From the NCBI RefSeq assembly GCF_058153355.1, contig NZ_CM177019.1: DNA of 64,000 nt, one strand, 5' to 3'. Below the pieces are notes generated by a model. It did no database searches. It saw only the letters and a list, made by a program, of their open reading frames with translations, and was not told the DNA's origin. Both the position numbers and the translations under genes were made by a program. The number at the start of each line of letters is the position of its first letter. Position 1 is the stretch's first letter. This document shows positions 13,169 through 25,608 of this stretch, one piece after another.

Positions 13169-14272
13169 TTACTTCGCATCGGTCGCCGTGCCGTTGGCGT
13201 GCCAGTCAAATACGCCGAACTCAAAGCCTTTCAGATCGCCTTTCTCATCCCAGGTCAGCGGCCCCATCACGGTATCCACGGAGTTCGCTTTCAGGTATTT
13301 GGCGATTTCAGCCGGATCGTCAGACTGATTCAGGCCCGCCTGCAAAGATTGCAGCGCGGCGTAGGTGGTCCAGACGAACGCGCCGCTTGGGTCCTGTTTT
13401 TTCGCTTTGATCGCGTCAACAATTGGTTTGTTCGCCGGAACCTGATCGTAGTTCTTCGGCTTGGTTACCAGCAACCCTTCAGCTGACTCGCCCGCAATGT
13501 TAGACAGCGAGACGTTAGCCACGCCTTCCGGCCCCATAAACTGGGTTTTCAACCCTGCCGCGCGTGCCTGACGCAGGATCTGCCCCATTTCCGGGTGGTA
13601 ACCGCCGTAGTAAACGAAGTCGATATTCTCTTTCTTCAAACGCGCCACCAGCGTTGAGAAATCTTTTTCCCCGGCGGTGATGCCATCAAAGAACACTACG
13701 TTAGCATTGCCTTTCTTCAGGCCGTCCTGCACCGCTCGCGCCAGGCCTTCGCCGTACTGCTGTTTGTCGTGAACGATAGCAATACGCTGCGGTTTCACTT
13801 TCTCAAGAATATATTTCGCCGCCGTCGGCCCCTGGTCGGAGTCCAGGCCGGTGGTGCGCAGGATCAGCTGATAGCCACGGGCGGTCAGCTCTGGCGCGGT
13901 TGCCGCTGGGGTGATCATTAAAATGCCTTCGTCTTCGTAGATGTCAGACGCTGGCTGCGTTGATGAAGAACAGAGGTGGCCAATGACATATTTAATGCCG
14001 TCATTAACGACTTTGTTCGCCACCGCAACCGCCTGTTTCGGGTCACAGGCATCGTCATATTTTACGATTTGCAGTTTGTTGCCTTTCACGCCGCCTTTAG
14101 CGTTAATATCCGCAACTGCCTGCTCTGCGCCAGTAAACTCCTGGTCGCCATACTGGGCCACCGGACCGGACATTGCGCCCACAACCGCGACTTTAATATC
14201 TTCTGCCAGAGCCATATTGCTGAATGCCAGCGCGATACATCCTGCCAGTAACGCTTTACCCTTTATATTCAT
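13169..14272 (-). CDS. livJ: Leu/Ile/Val periplasmic binding protein
   Basis: Start set at [11 protein letters not shown] (ATG 14270-14272), 367 aa, signal peptide. Confidence 0.9.
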   Translation of the reverse strand: MNIKGKALLAGCIALAFSNMALAEDIKVAVVGAMSGPVAQYGDQEFTGAEQAVADINAKGGVKGNKLQIVKYDDACDPKQAVAVANKVVNDGIKYVIGHLCSSSTQPASDIYEDEGILMITPAATAPELTARGYQLILRTTGLDSDQGPTAAKYILEKVKPQRIAIVHDKQQYGEGLARAVQDGLKKGNANVVFFDGITAGEKDFSTLVARLKKENIDFVYYGGYHPEMGQILRQARAAGLKTQFMGPEGVANVSLSNIAGESAEGLLVTKPKNYDQVPANKPIVDAIKAKKQDPSGAFVWTTYAALQSLQAGLNQSDDPAEIAKYLKANSVDTVMGPLTWDEKGDLKGFEFGVFDWHANGTATDAK

Positions 14273-14489
14273 CCTGAGAATCCCCATTCATCTGGTTATT
14301 ACGTGTGTTGTGATGTTGTTGTTCAGCACTTTATTTCGTTTTATGCATGACTACCCGTGCTTTAGCAGCATACTCTGCTAAAACATACCCGATTTTTATG
14401 ATATTGGAATAGCTATTTTGACAGTTTATTAACAATCTGCGTGGGGATTGGCGTTTTGTCGGAGGGGGTAATTGATTATTGCAGAGGTC

Positions 14490-14535
14490 CAAAAAACAAA
14501 AACCCCGGACTCTCATCCAGGGTTCTCTGATTAAT
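14490..14535 (-). terminator. rpoH intrinsic terminator
   Basis: Minus-strand hairpin CCCTGGA..TCCGGGG followed by TTTTTGTTTTTT immediately after rpoH stop. Confidence 0.6.
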
Positions 14536-14543
14536 AGTGGAAA

Positions 14544-15398
14544 TTACGCTTCAATAGCAGCGCGAAGTTTTTTCATCGCGTTCTTTTCCAGCTGGCGCAC
14601 ACGCTCAGCGGAAACACCGTAACGGTCAGCCAGTTCCTGCAACGTGGACTTGTTGTCTTCGTCCAGCCAGCGCGCGCGGATGATATCCTGGCTACGCTCG
14701 TCCAGACCTTGCATCGCGTCGGTCAGACGGTTTGCCGCCTGTTCTTCCCAGTTATCATCTTCAATGCCGTCGGCAAAGTTGGACGATTTATCCTGCAGAT
14801 AAAGCACCGGAGCCATCGGCTGGCTGTCGGAATCGTCATCGGAAGACAGGTCAAAGGTCATGTCCTGTGCCGCCATACGCGATTCCATCTCACGTACGTC
14901 TTTGCTGGTTACGCCCAGTTCACGGGCCACCATTTCGACTTCATCCTGATTAAACCAGCCCAGACGCTGCTTGGTTTTACGCAGGTTGAAGAACAGTTTG
15001 CGCTGCGCTTTGGTGGTCGCAACTTTGACGATACGCCAGTTGCGCAGAACGTATTCGTGGATCTCTGCTTTGATCCAGTGAACGGCGAAGGAGACCAGGC
15101 GCACCCCCACTTCCGGGTTAAAACGGCGCACTGCTTTCATCAGGCCGATGTTACCTTCCTGAATCAAATCCGCCTGTGGCAGGCCATAGCCCGCATAATT
15201 ACGAGCAATATGAACAACAAACCGCAGGTGAGACAGGATCAGCGTTTTTGCTGCTTCCAGATCGCCATGGTAATGCAGCTTTTCAGCCAGCGCCCGCTCC
15301 TCGTCAGCCGACAACATCGGCCACGCGTTAGCTGCCCGGATGTAGGAATCCAGGTTGCCAACTGGGGCTAAAGCTAAACTTTGCATTTTGTCAGTCAT
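14544..15398 (-). CDS. rpoH: RNA polymerase sigma-32 (heat shock sigma factor)
   Basis: 284-aa [27 protein letters not shown]..., sigma-70 family regions. Confidence 0.95.
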   Translation of the reverse strand: MTDKMQSLALAPVGNLDSYIRAANAWPMLSADEERALAEKLHYHGDLEAAKTLILSHLRFVVHIARNYAGYGLPQADLIQEGNIGLMKAVRRFNPEVGVRLVSFAVHWIKAEIHEYVLRNWRIVKVATTKAQRKLFFNLRKTKQRLGWFNQDEVEMVARELGVTSKDVREMESRMAAQDMTFDLSSDDDSDSQPMAPVLYLQDKSSNFADGIEDDNWEEQAANRLTDAMQGLDERSQDIIRARWLDEDNKSTLQELADRYGVSAERVRQLEKNAMKKLRAAIEA

Positions 15399-15491
15399 TC
15401 AAATCCTCTCAATCGATATCTTCTGGCGCTTCAGTGGTAGCAACAACTGTGCCAGAGCTTAAGAGCAACGAGGTTATCATTCACTGTTTTA

Positions 15492-15518
15492 TCAGACCGT
15501 GATTTTATCCACAAGTTC
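15492..15518 (-). promoter_or_regulatory. sigma-E type promoter upstream of rpoH (P3-like)
   Basis: Minus-strand GAACTT-N16-TCTGA matches sigma-E consensus, about 100 bp upstream of rpoH start. Confidence 0.55.
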
Positions 15519-15642
15519 AATGCAACGCTGTGAATAAATTACGCACAAAATGTGACATAGAGATGAAATACCGGGAAGAGACAACGGGGTCTCTTTCCCT
15601 GCTACGGAACCCATTGCAGGGAAAGAGTATAACACGCTTTTA

Positions 15643-16701
15643 TTATTCAGGCGTAAAGTGGCGTAAATGTTGTACCGTGGCAAGCCAGGCTGCCACCCAG
15701 CCAATCATCGAACACACCAGCAGCAAAAGCAGACATTCATCGAAAGATAAGCCATTGATATCAAACCTCGTTCCGAAAACCTGTGCCACTTCCGCAACCG
15801 CCGAAGACAAACGCAGGACCAGAATTTCCGACAAAATTAATGACAGCAATGCGCCAGAAAATCCCAGCAATGCGCCACCGTACAGGAATGGGCGCAGGAT
15901 GAAACCATCTGTCGCACCAATCAGTTTCTGTACGTTAATGGAGTCACGGCGAGCAAAGATGCTCAGACGCACACTGTTACCGATGACGAGGAACACTGCC
16001 GCCACCATCAATACGCCGATCATTGCCGAAACGCGCCCGACCAGCCCGGTCAACGCCGCCAGACGGGCAAACCAGCTGTCATCCATTCGCACTTCGTCAA
16101 TGCCGTTGATCTGGGTGATACGATCGCGCAAGGTATTCAGTGACTCGGTCCCCTGAAAATCGAGTTTCGGGATTACCACCGCCACTGCCGGAAGCGGGTT
16201 TTCCTCCAGCATATCCAGCGCACCACCAAAACCAGACCAGTTACGGAACTCGCCCAGTGCGTCTTCACGAGAAAGATAGTTTACTTTCTCTACGCCTTGC
16301 TCGGCCTGCAACTGTGCCACCACACCCGCAGCGGCGTCATCATCCAGCGTTTTTTGCAGATAAACAGTGATTTGCGGTGACGGATAATACTGCGTCGCCG
16401 CCTGGTTAACGTTTTTGTACACCATATAACAGACGCTGGGCAGCGTCAGGGAGATGGCGATAACCATCACCGTTAAAAACGTGGCGAACGGTTTACTTTT
16501 CAGATCCTGCAATGCGCCGTGGAAGGCATAGCGCACCTGTTCGTTGAAAACGTTGGTTTTGCGATTTACCGGTTTTGGCGAGGATTTCGCCCGTTTTGGC
16601 GCGTTACGACCGCCGTCGCCAGAGCCGCCGACCGATTTACGGAAGCGATCCAGACGCCCGCCAAACTGCCGGATATGATTGATTGCATCGCGCTTATTCA
16701 T
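15643..16701 (-). CDS. ftsX: cell division ABC transporter permease-like protein
   Basis: Start set at MNKRDAINH (ATG 16699-16701), 352 aa; overlaps ftsE stop. Confidence 0.9.
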   Translation of the reverse strand: MNKRDAINHIRQFGGRLDRFRKSVGGSGDGGRNAPKRAKSSPKPVNRKTNVFNEQVRYAFHGALQDLKSKPFATFLTVMVIAISLTLPSVCYMVYKNVNQAATQYYPSPQITVYLQKTLDDDAAAGVVAQLQAEQGVEKVNYLSREDALGEFRNWSGFGGALDMLEENPLPAVAVVIPKLDFQGTESLNTLRDRITQINGIDEVRMDDSWFARLAALTGLVGRVSAMIGVLMVAAVFLVIGNSVRLSIFARRDSINVQKLIGATDGFILRPFLYGGALLGFSGALLSLILSEILVLRLSSAVAEVAQVFGTRFDINGLSFDECLLLLLVCSMIGWVAAWLATVQHLRHFTPE

Positions 16702-17362
16702 GGCCCACGCCTCCATGCAAGTGACCATCGCTCAGGGTGAGCATGCGATAGGAACGCCGCGAAATCAGGTTGATGTCGTGCGTTGCCATCAATACGGTTA
16801 CCCCAACGCGGTTAAATTCTTCAAACAGACGTAGAATTCCTTCTGACAACGCGTCGTCAAGGTTACCGGTCGGTTCATCCGCCAGCAGTACCGCGGGTTT
16901 GTTCACCACCGCGCGGGCAATGCCAACACGCTGTTGTTCACCGCCGGAAAGCTGAATAGGGAAGTTCTTCGCTTTGTCCAGTAGCCCGACTTTATCCAGC
17001 GCCGCCGATACACGACGACGAATATCGTCACCGCTGGCACCGGCGATAATCAGCGGGATCGCGACGTTATCGTAGACAGTACGGTCCATCAGTAGATGGT
17101 GATCCTGGAAAATCATGCCAATCTGGCGGCGCAGAAACGGAACTTCACGGTTTTTCAGACGCGTGATGTCATGGCCGCTAAACCAGATTTTCCCGGCGCT
17201 GGGCCGCTCAATCCCACAGATCAGCTTCAGGAGGGTACTTTTCCCTGCGCCGGAATGACCGGTCAGAAACGCCATCTCACCCGGCTGCATATGGAACGTA
17301 ACGCCCTGCAGCGCCTGTCTCCCACCGAGATAAGCCTTGCTGACATGTTCAAAGCGAATCAT
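16694..17362 (-). CDS. ftsE: cell division ABC transporter ATPase
   Basis: 222-aa ORF, Walker [24 protein letters not shown] signature. Confidence 0.9.
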   Translation of the reverse strand: MIRFEHVSKAYLGGRQALQGVTFHMQPGEMAFLTGHSGAGKSTLLKLICGIERPSAGKIWFSGHDITRLKNREVPFLRRQIGMIFQDHHLLMDRTVYDNVAIPLIIAGASGDDIRRRVSAALDKVGLLDKAKNFPIQLSGGEQQRVGIARAVVNKPAVLLADEPTGNLDDALSEGILRLFEEFNRVGVTVLMATHDINLISRRSYRMLTLSDGHLHGGVGHE

Positions 17363-17364
17363 TG

Positions 17365-18903
17365 TTAATCCTCTCGGGCAAAAAGTGCCTCTATAAAGTC
17401 GTCCGCTTTAAACGGACGCAAATCCTCAATACGTTCGCCGACACCAATGTAGCGGATAGGGATACCAAACTGGTCAGCCACCGAGAAAATTACCCCGCCT
17501 TTCGCCGTGCCGTCCAGTTTCGTTAGCGTGATGCCGGTTAAGCCAACGGCTTCGTGGAACAGTTTGGCCTGGCTTACTGCATTCTGCCCGGTACTGGCGT
17601 CGATAGTCAGCATAACTTCATGCGGAGCTTCAACGTCGAGTTTCTTCATCACGCGGACGATTTTCTTCAACTCTTCCATCAAGTGCGATTTGTTCTGCAG
17701 GCGTCCGGCGGTATCGGCAATCAGAACGTCGATGTTACGCGCTTTAGCGGCCTGAATGGCGTCGAAGATAACAGAAGCAGAATCCGCACCGGTATGCTGG
17801 GCAATCACCGGAATATTATTACGCTGCCCCCAGACCTGAAGCTGTTCAACCGCTGCTGCACGGAAAGTATCGCCCGCCGCCAGCATCACTGATTTACCCT
17901 GCTGCTCAAACTGACGCGCCAGCTTACCGATCGTCGTGGTTTTACCCACACCGTTGACGCCCACCATCAGGATCACGAACGGCGTTTTACCTTCAACGTT
18001 CAGCGGTTCATCGACTTTCGCCAGAATCTCACCCATCTCTTCTTTCAGTAGGCCATAGAGCGCCTCGGCATCACGAAGCTGCTTGCGGGTCGCACCTTCT
18101 GTCAGATTGGTGATAATTTTACGCGTGGTTTCCACGCCCACATCGGCGATGAGCAATTGCTCTTCCAATTCTTCAAACAGATCATCGTCGATTTTTTTAC
18201 CGCGGAACAGGCTGATAAATCCGGAACCGAGGTTTTCTTTGGTTTTTAACAGACTGCGTTTCAGGCGCGCGAAGAAACCTTCTTTGGTCGGTTTTTCCTG
18301 CTCCTGAGCGATTTCTTCCACCGGCTGCTCTTCTTCTGCCGGAGGAACCACCATCACCGCCTCTTCTGCCGCTTCGGCAGCCAGCGCCTGTGCTTCCAGC
18401 TCTTCGTCGGTGATTTCGTCTTTAGCCGCTTCTTCTTCCGCCGCTTCGACAATCTCTACGGTTTCCGCTTCGGCCTGCCACTCTTCTGGCGAAACCTCTT
18501 CGGCTTTGACGTCTTCCGGCAACGGCAGCTCTTCACGCTCGATAGCCACAGGCTCTGGCGTAACTTCAGGTTCAATGACTGACGCTGGCGTTTCTTCAAC
18601 TATCGTTTCCGGCTCAGTAATAACTTCCGGTTCAGCAACAGCTTCAGGCTGCGCTTTTTCACTTTCAGCAACCTGTTCAGTAACTTCCACAACGTCGGCA
18701 GCAAAAGTTTCCGCCTCGGCTTCAGTATGCGCCTGCGGCTGCTCTTCAACGGCTTGTTCAGAAGCCTTCGCAGGCTCTTGCGCCGGAACGATTTCTTCTA
18801 CAACCGGTTGTTCGTTCTGGACTTCTGTCTCTTTTTCCGGGGTCTGCTCTTTTTGACCAAAGCCCAGCCAGGAAAAAAAGCCACGTTTTTTTTCTTTCGC
18901 CAT
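17365..18903 (-). CDS. ftsY: signal recognition particle receptor
   Basis: 512-aa ORF: acidic N-terminal A domain then NG GTPase domain (GVNGVGKTTTIGKLA, DTAGR). Confidence 0.9.
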   Translation of the reverse strand: MAKEKKRGFFSWLGFGQKEQTPEKETEVQNEQPVVEEIVPAQEPAKASEQAVEEQPQAHTEAEAETFAADVVEVTEQVAESEKAQPEAVAEPEVITEPETIVEETPASVIEPEVTPEPVAIEREELPLPEDVKAEEVSPEEWQAEAETVEIVEAAEEEAAKDEITDEELEAQALAAEAAEEAVMVVPPAEEEQPVEEIAQEQEKPTKEGFFARLKRSLLKTKENLGSGFISLFRGKKIDDDLFEELEEQLLIADVGVETTRKIITNLTEGATRKQLRDAEALYGLLKEEMGEILAKVDEPLNVEGKTPFVILMVGVNGVGKTTTIGKLARQFEQQGKSVMLAAGDTFRAAAVEQLQVWGQRNNIPVIAQHTGADSASVIFDAIQAAKARNIDVLIADTAGRLQNKSHLMEELKKIVRVMKKLDVEAPHEVMLTIDASTGQNAVSQAKLFHEAVGLTGITLTKLDGTAKGGVIFSVADQFGIPIRYIGVGERIEDLRPFKADDFIEALFARED

Positions 18904-19052
18904 TTGCGACTACACTCCTCGCTGTTGCTTCATGGCACAGCGTTAACGCTATGTACATAGCAGCTAAAAAAATGATGAAATAGTCTATCACTTAACTTAA
19001 TTCACATCACCGCCTGCAAGTATGTGTTATCTGGCGGATTGAGCAATTTATC

Positions 19053-19649
19053 ATGAAAAAACCGAATCATTCCGGCAGCGGCCAAATCCGCATTATTGGC
19101 GGGCAGTGGCGAGGCCGTAAACTCCCGGTTCCTGATAGCCCAGGCCTGCGCCCCACCACCGACCGCGTACGCGAAACGTTGTTTAACTGGCTGGCTCCGG
19201 TCATTGTTGATGCCCAATGTCTGGATTGCTTCGCCGGGAGCGGCGCGCTGGGGCTGGAAGCGTTATCGCGCTACGCTGCGGGGGCCACGTTGATTGAGAT
19301 GGATCGCGCGGTTTCTCAGCAGTTAATTAAGAATCTGGCGACACTAAAAGCAGGCAATGCACGCGTGGTGAACAGCAACGCGATGTCATTCCTGGCGCAA
19401 AAAGGCACACCGCATAATATCGTGTTTGTCGATCCACCGTTCCGCCGTGGCTTGTTAGAAGAGACGATAAATTTACTGGAAGATAACGGCTGGCTGGCTG
19501 ACGAAGCCCTGATTTATGTCGAAAGCGAAGTCGAAAACGGTCTGCCCACTGTTCCGGCGAACTGGTCATTACATCGGGAAAAAGTGGCGGGTCAGGTGGC
19601 TTACCGCCTGTATCAACGCGAAGCACAAGGAGAAAGTGATGTTGATTAA
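19053..19649 (+). CDS. rsmD: 16S rRNA m2G966 methyltransferase
   Basis: 198-aa ORF with DPPF motif (FVDPPFRRG) typical of N6/N2 methyltransferases. Confidence 0.85.
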   Translation: MKKPNHSGSGQIRIIGGQWRGRKLPVPDSPGLRPTTDRVRETLFNWLAPVIVDAQCLDCFAGSGALGLEALSRYAAGATLIEMDRAVSQQLIKNLATLKAGNARVVNSNAMSFLAQKGTPHNIVFVDPPFRRGLLEETINLLEDNGWLADEALIYVESEVENGLPTVPANWSLHREKVAGQVAYRLYQREAQGESDVD

Positions 19650-19908
19650 TATTGGTCGTGTGTTAATGCTCTGCGTTTGGGGATTTTTAATCCTCAACCT
19701 GGTGCATCCCTTCCCGCGTCCGCTGAATATTTTCGTTAACGTGGCGCTGATTTTTACCGTGCTGATGCATGGTATGCAGCTGGCGCTATTGAAATCCACT
19801 TTGCCGAAAGATGGCCCGCAGATGACCACCGCCGAAAAGGTGCGGATTTTCCTTTTCGGCGTGTTTGAACTGCTGGTCTGGCAGAAGAAATTTAACGTTA
19901 AAAAATAA
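19639..19908 (+). CDS. yhhL: small inner membrane protein (DUF1145)
   Basis: 89-aa frame from ATG 19639 (MLINIGRVLMLCVWGF...), overlapping rsmD stop; two hydrophobic helices. Confidence 0.7.
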   Translation: MLINIGRVLMLCVWGFLILNLVHPFPRPLNIFVNVALIFTVLMHGMQLALLKSTLPKDGPQMTTAEKVRIFLFGVFELLVWQKKFNVKK

Positions 19909-19910
19909 CC

Positions 19911-20270
19911 TTATTGTTTGCTGACAAAGCTGACAAAGCGCGTTCCTTTATAGCTCAGCGTACCTTTATCGCCCACTGTCAGGGCATGGTACTGCTGGGC
20001 GTCGAGGCGAAACGTCTGTTCCATTCCTCCGCTTTGCGGTTTGAAGCTCGCCTCATAGCGCATGCTGGTACCAGCCGGTGTCACTTCCTGCTGGCGCGAA
20101 CGGCGATCGTTAATCGGTTTTTCCCGCTTATTGCTCACCACCACCAACTTTTGCTGGAGTGGCGCTATATCATTATCAGCTTTTTCCCGTCGCTGTTGCA
20201 TAAAACGAAACGATGCGGCGACGATAATTAAGCCAATGATAACAATAAAGAAAAGAGGTGGTTTGCTCAT
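19911..20270 (-). CDS. yhhM: DUF2500 membrane-anchored protein
   Basis: 119-aa ORF with N-terminal TM helix. Confidence 0.75.
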   Translation of the reverse strand: MSKPPLFFIVIIGLIIVAASFRFMQQRREKADNDIAPLQQKLVVVSNKREKPINDRRSRQQEVTPAGTSMRYEASFKPQSGGMEQTFRLDAQQYHALTVGDKGTLSYKGTRFVSFVSKQ

Positions 20271-20410
20271 CTTTATCCCTCATCGGAAAATGCGGAAATA
20301 AGCATACCCTGCCAGTTATGGTGTTGTCATCCGTCCACCCTCGCCACTAAACTGGAAACAAGACCGTAGGCATTCCGCTTACGAAAAAATAACGAATTCA
20401 AGGAACTAAG

Positions 20411-21037
20411 ATGCTTTGGTCGTTTATCGCAGTCTGTCTTTCCGCATGGCTATCTGTGGATGCATCGTATCGTGGGCCAACCTGGCAACGCTGGGTGTTT
20501 AAACCGTTAACCCTTCTTCTCCTGCTGTTACTGGCATGGCAAGCGCCGATGTTCGACGCCATTAGTTATCTGGTGCTGGCAGGGCTGTGCGCTTCACTGC
20601 TGGGCGATGCGCTAACCCTGTTGCCACGTCAACGTCTGATGTACGCCATCGGCGCGTTTTTCCTCTCGCACCTGCTGTACACTATCTATTTCGCCAGTCA
20701 GATGACGCTCTCTTTCTTCTGGCCTCTGCCACTGGTGTTGCTGGTTCTGGGCGCGCTGTTACTGGCGATTATCTGGACGCGTCTGGAAGAGTATCGTTGG
20801 CCTATCTGCACGTTTATCGGCATGACGCTGGTGATGGTATGGCTGGCAGGTGAACTGTGGTTCTTCCGTCCGACCGCTCCGGCACTCTCTGCGTTTGTCG
20901 GCGCTTCGTTGCTGTTTATCAGTAACTTTGTCTGGCTGGGTAGTCACTATCGCCGACGCTTCCGTGCGGACAACGCGATTGCCGCCGCTTGTTATTTTGC
21001 CGGTCACTTCCTCATCGTCCGCTCGCTGTATCTCTGA
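20411..21037 (+). CDS. yhhN: YhhN-family inner membrane protein
   Basis: 208-aa polytopic membrane ORF. Confidence 0.8.
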
Positions 21038-21043
21038 TAAAAC

Positions 21044-21075
21044 TTGACTCTGGAGTCGACTCCAGAGTGTATCCT
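21044..21075 (+). promoter_or_regulatory. zntA promoter with ZntR (MerR-type) operator
   Basis: TTGACT (21044-21049), 20-bp spacer containing perfect dyad ACTCTGGAGTCGACTCCAGAGT (21047-21068), TATCCT (21070-21075); long spacer is typical of MerR-family promoters. Confidence 0.8.
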
Positions 21076-21109
21076 TCGGTTAATGAGAAAAACTTAACCG
21101 GAGGATGCC

Positions 21110-23308
21110 ATGTCGACTCCTGACAATCACGGCAAGAAAGCCCCTCAATTTGCCGCGTTCAAACCGCTACCCACGGTTCAGAACGCCAACGACTGTTGCT
21201 GCGACGGCGCATGTTCCAGCACGCCAACGCTCTCTGAAAACGTCTCCGGCACCCGCTATAGCTGGAAAGTCAGCGGCATGGACTGCGCCGCCTGCGCGCG
21301 CAAGGTAGAAAATGCCGTGCGCCAGCTTGCAGGCGTGAATCAGGTGCAGGTGTTGTTCGCCACCGAAAAACTGGTGGTGGATGCCGACAATGACATCCGT
21401 GCCCAGGTTGAATCTGCGGTGCAAAAAGCGGGCTATTCCCTGCGCGATGAACAGTCCGCCGACGAACAACAAGAATCACGCCTGAAAGAGAATCTGCCGC
21501 TGATTACGCTAATCGTGTTGATGGCAATTAGCTGGGGGCTAGAGCAGTTTAATCATCCGTTCGGGCAACTGGCGTTTATCGCGACCACGCTGGTTGGGCT
21601 GTACCCGATTGCTCGTCAGGCATTACGGCTGATCAAATCCGGCAGCTACTTCGCTATTGAAACCTTAATGAGCGTAGCCGCTATTGGTGCGCTGTTTATT
21701 GGCGCAACGGCTGAAGCTGCGATGGTGTTGCTGCTGTTTTTGATTGGTGAACGACTGGAAGGCTGGGCCGCCAGCCGCGCGCGTCAAGGGGTCAGCGCGT
21801 TAATGGCGCTGAAACCGGAAACCGCCACGCGCCTGCGTAATGGCAAGCGTGAAGAGGTAGCAATTAACAGCCTGCGTCCGGGCGATGTTATCGAAGTTGC
21901 GGCAGGTGGGCGTTTACCTGCCGACGGTAAACTGCTCTCGCCCTTTGCCAGTTTTGATGAAAGCGCCCTGACCGGCGAATCCATTCCGGTGGAGCGCGCG
22001 ACGGGTGATAAAGTTCCTGCAGGCGCCACCAGCGTAGACCGTCTGGTAACGCTGGAAGTGCTGTCAGAACCGGGTGCCAGCGCCATTGACCGGATTCTGA
22101 AACTGATCGAAGAAGCCGAAGAGCGCCGCGCGCCCATTGAGCGGTTTATCGACCGTTTCAGCCGTATTTACACGCCAGCGATTATGGCCGTCGCCCTGCT
22201 GGTGACGCTGGTGCCACCGCTGCTGTTTGCCGCAAGCTGGCAGGAGTGGATTTATAAAGGGCTGACGCTGCTGCTGATTGGCTGCCCGTGTGCGCTGGTG
22301 ATCTCAACACCTGCGGCGATCACCTCCGGGCTGGCGGCAGCAGCGCGTCATGGGGCGTTGATTAAAGGCGGTGCGGCGCTGGAACAACTAGGTCGTGTTA
22401 CCCAGGTGGCGTTTGATAAAACCGGCACGCTGACCGTCGGTAAACCGCGCGTTACCGCGATTCATCCGGCAACGGGTATTAGTGAATCTGAACTGCTGAC
22501 ACTGGCAGCGGCGGTCGAGCAAGGCGCGACGCATCCACTGGCGCAAGCCATCGTACGCGAAGCACAGGTTGCTGAACTCGCCATTCCCGCCGCCGAATCA
22601 CAGCGGGCGCTGGTCGGGTCTGGTATTGAAGCACTGATTAACGGTGAGCGCGTGTTGATATGCGCTGCCGGAAAACATCCGGCTGTTGCATTTGCTGGTT
22701 TAATTAACGAACTGGAAAGCGCCGGGCAAACGGTAGTACTGGTGGTGCGTAACGATGAAGTGCTGGGTGTCATTGCATTGCAGGATACCCTGCGCGCCGA
22801 CGCCGCAACTGCCATCAGCGAACTGAGCGCCCTGGGTGTCAAAGGGGTGATCCTCACTGGCGATAATCCACGCGCCGCGGCGGCAATTGCCGGGGAGTTG
22901 GGGCTGGAATTTAAAGCGGGCCTATTACCAGAAGATAAAGTCAAAGCGGTGACCGAGCTGAATCAACATGCGCCTCTGGCGATGGTCGGTGACGGTATTA
23001 ACGACGCGCCAGCGATGAAAGCCGCCACCATTGGGATTGCAATGGGCAGTGGCACAGATGTGGCGCTGGAAACCGCCGATGCAGCATTAACCCATAACCA
23101 CCTGCGCGGCCTGGCGCAGATGATTGAACTGGCACGCGCCACTCACGCCAACATCCGCCAGAACATCACCATTGCGCTGGGGCTGAAAGGGATCTTCCTC
23201 GTCACAACGCTGTTAGGGATGACCGGACTATGGCTGGCGGTGCTGGCAGATACGGGTGCGACGGTGCTGGTGACGGCGAATGCGTTAAGATTGTTGCGCA
23301 GGAAGTAA
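21110..23308 (+). CDS. zntA: Zn/Cd/Pb-exporting P1B-type ATPase
   Basis: 732-aa ORF with N-terminal GMDCAAC metal-binding motif, CPC, DKTGTLT phosphorylation site, GDGINDAP. Confidence 0.95.
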   Translation: MSTPDNHGKKAPQFAAFKPLPTVQNANDCCCDGACSSTPTLSENVSGTRYSWKVSGMDCAACARKVENAVRQLAGVNQVQVLFATEKLVVDADNDIRAQVESAVQKAGYSLRDEQSADEQQESRLKENLPLITLIVLMAISWGLEQFNHPFGQLAFIATTLVGLYPIARQALRLIKSGSYFAIETLMSVAAIGALFIGATAEAAMVLLLFLIGERLEGWAASRARQGVSALMALKPETATRLRNGKREEVAINSLRPGDVIEVAAGGRLPADGKLLSPFASFDESALTGESIPVERATGDKVPAGATSVDRLVTLEVLSEPGASAIDRILKLIEEAEERRAPIERFIDRFSRIYTPAIMAVALLVTLVPPLLFAASWQEWIYKGLTLLLIGCPCALVISTPAAITSGLAAAARHGALIKGGAALEQLGRVTQVAFDKTGTLTVGKPRVTAIHPATGISESELLTLAAAVEQGATHPLAQAIVREAQVAELAIPAAESQRALVGSGIEALINGERVLICAAGKHPAVAFAGLINELESAGQTVVLVVRNDEVLGVIALQDTLRADAATAISELSALGVKGVILTGDNPRAAAAIAGELGLEFKAGLLPEDKVKAVTELNQHAPLAMVGDGINDAPAMKAATIGIAMGSGTDVALETADAALTHNHLRGLAQMIELARATHANIRQNITIALGLKGIFLVTTLLGMTGLWLAVLADTGATVLVTANALRLLRRK

Positions 23309-23316
23309 AAGTGTTG

Positions 23317-23339
23317 CCTGATAGCCTCTGGCTATCAGG
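23317..23339. terminator. hairpin between convergent zntA and small ORF
   Basis: Perfect inverted repeat CCTGATAGCC-TCTG-GGCTATCAGG; no strong U-tract. Confidence 0.4.
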
Positions 23340-23340
23340 C

Positions 23341-23649
23341 TTAGTGCTGGGCCGGGAACGGCGGCATAGTCAGGAAAGCATAATAAAGCGCTAACATCAG
23401 AATGACGGAGATAACACAGCATCCAGCAACCAGGCGGGATGCTATGGATGGCCTTTTGAACATCAACCACAGGGCATAAGCAAGCCCGACACCGTTAAGT
23501 AAAGGTAAAAAAATCATTAGCCAGAGCCAACCCCAGGCAAGTACCCCCAGCCATCCCCCCACGACGATAAAAACAGGGATCAGCCAATTGGGGGTGAAGA
23601 TCGCGAGCAATCCCAGCAATGCCAGACAAACTGGAATTAAATAATCCAT
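23341..23649 (-). CDS. hypothetical small inner membrane protein
   Basis: 102-aa ORF with three predicted hydrophobic helices, convergent with zntA, directly beside the IS insertion; I do not recall a K-12 gene here. Confidence 0.35.
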   Translation of the reverse strand: MDYLIPVCLALLGLLAIFTPNWLIPVFIVVGGWLGVLAWGWLWLMIFLPLLNGVGLAYALWLMFKRPSIASRLVAGCCVISVILMLALYYAFLTMPPFPAQH

Positions 23650-23700
23650 TTGTGCATTCCATTACGTTTGCGTGCCGGATGCGGCGTAAACGCCTTATCT

Positions 23701-24926
<1,226 letters not shown>

Positions 24927-24956
24927 CATGCCTGCAATCTGGGAAACCGGGGTAGA

Positions 24957-24988
<32 letters not shown>

Positions 24989-25142
24989 AGGGCATTGAAC
25001 TCGTAGGCATGATAAGACGCGACAGCGTCGCATCAGGCATTGCGCACCGTATCGCCAGATGCAGCTTGAACGTTTTATCCGTCCTACAAACCGGTTGCAA
25101 GCCGCAAAATTGAGCGCGATCGGTCCGCTAGCCTGATTCACC

Positions 25143-25388
25143 TTACCCCGATTTGCGAATCAAATAACGATAAGGCAGTCCATCGGTCTCTTTCGCAACC
25201 AGTTCGTGTTCCATAAAGGTACAAAACCCAGGAATATCGCGTGTCGTCGCCGGATCGTCAGCAATAATCAGCAACGTTTCACCTGGCTGCATATTGCGCA
25301 CAGTTTTGCGCACCATCATTACTGGTTCCGGGCAGCGCAGGCCAAGTGCGTCGAGTGTGTGGTCAGGGCTGGAAAAGAGATCGGTCAT
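25143..25388 (-). CDS. tusA: sulfur carrier protein TusA
   Basis: 81-aa ORF with CPxP motif (LRCPEPVMM). Confidence 0.9.
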
Positions 25389-25608
25389 TTTCTTCTCATC
25401 ACATAAAAAAACGGCGCTAGTTTACGCCCTGTGAGTCCGTAAGCAAACCAGGTTAACGATTGCGTGAAAATTAACCATTGCATTGTCAACGTAAAGCAGT
25501 ATCATGCGGCGGCTCGAAAAAAGGGTCAGCACGTTATTATGTTAAGGTAACAGACGTGTCGTACGTATTGGGTTCCCTCACCCCAATGGTTAATCAAAAA
25601 GGTACAAT

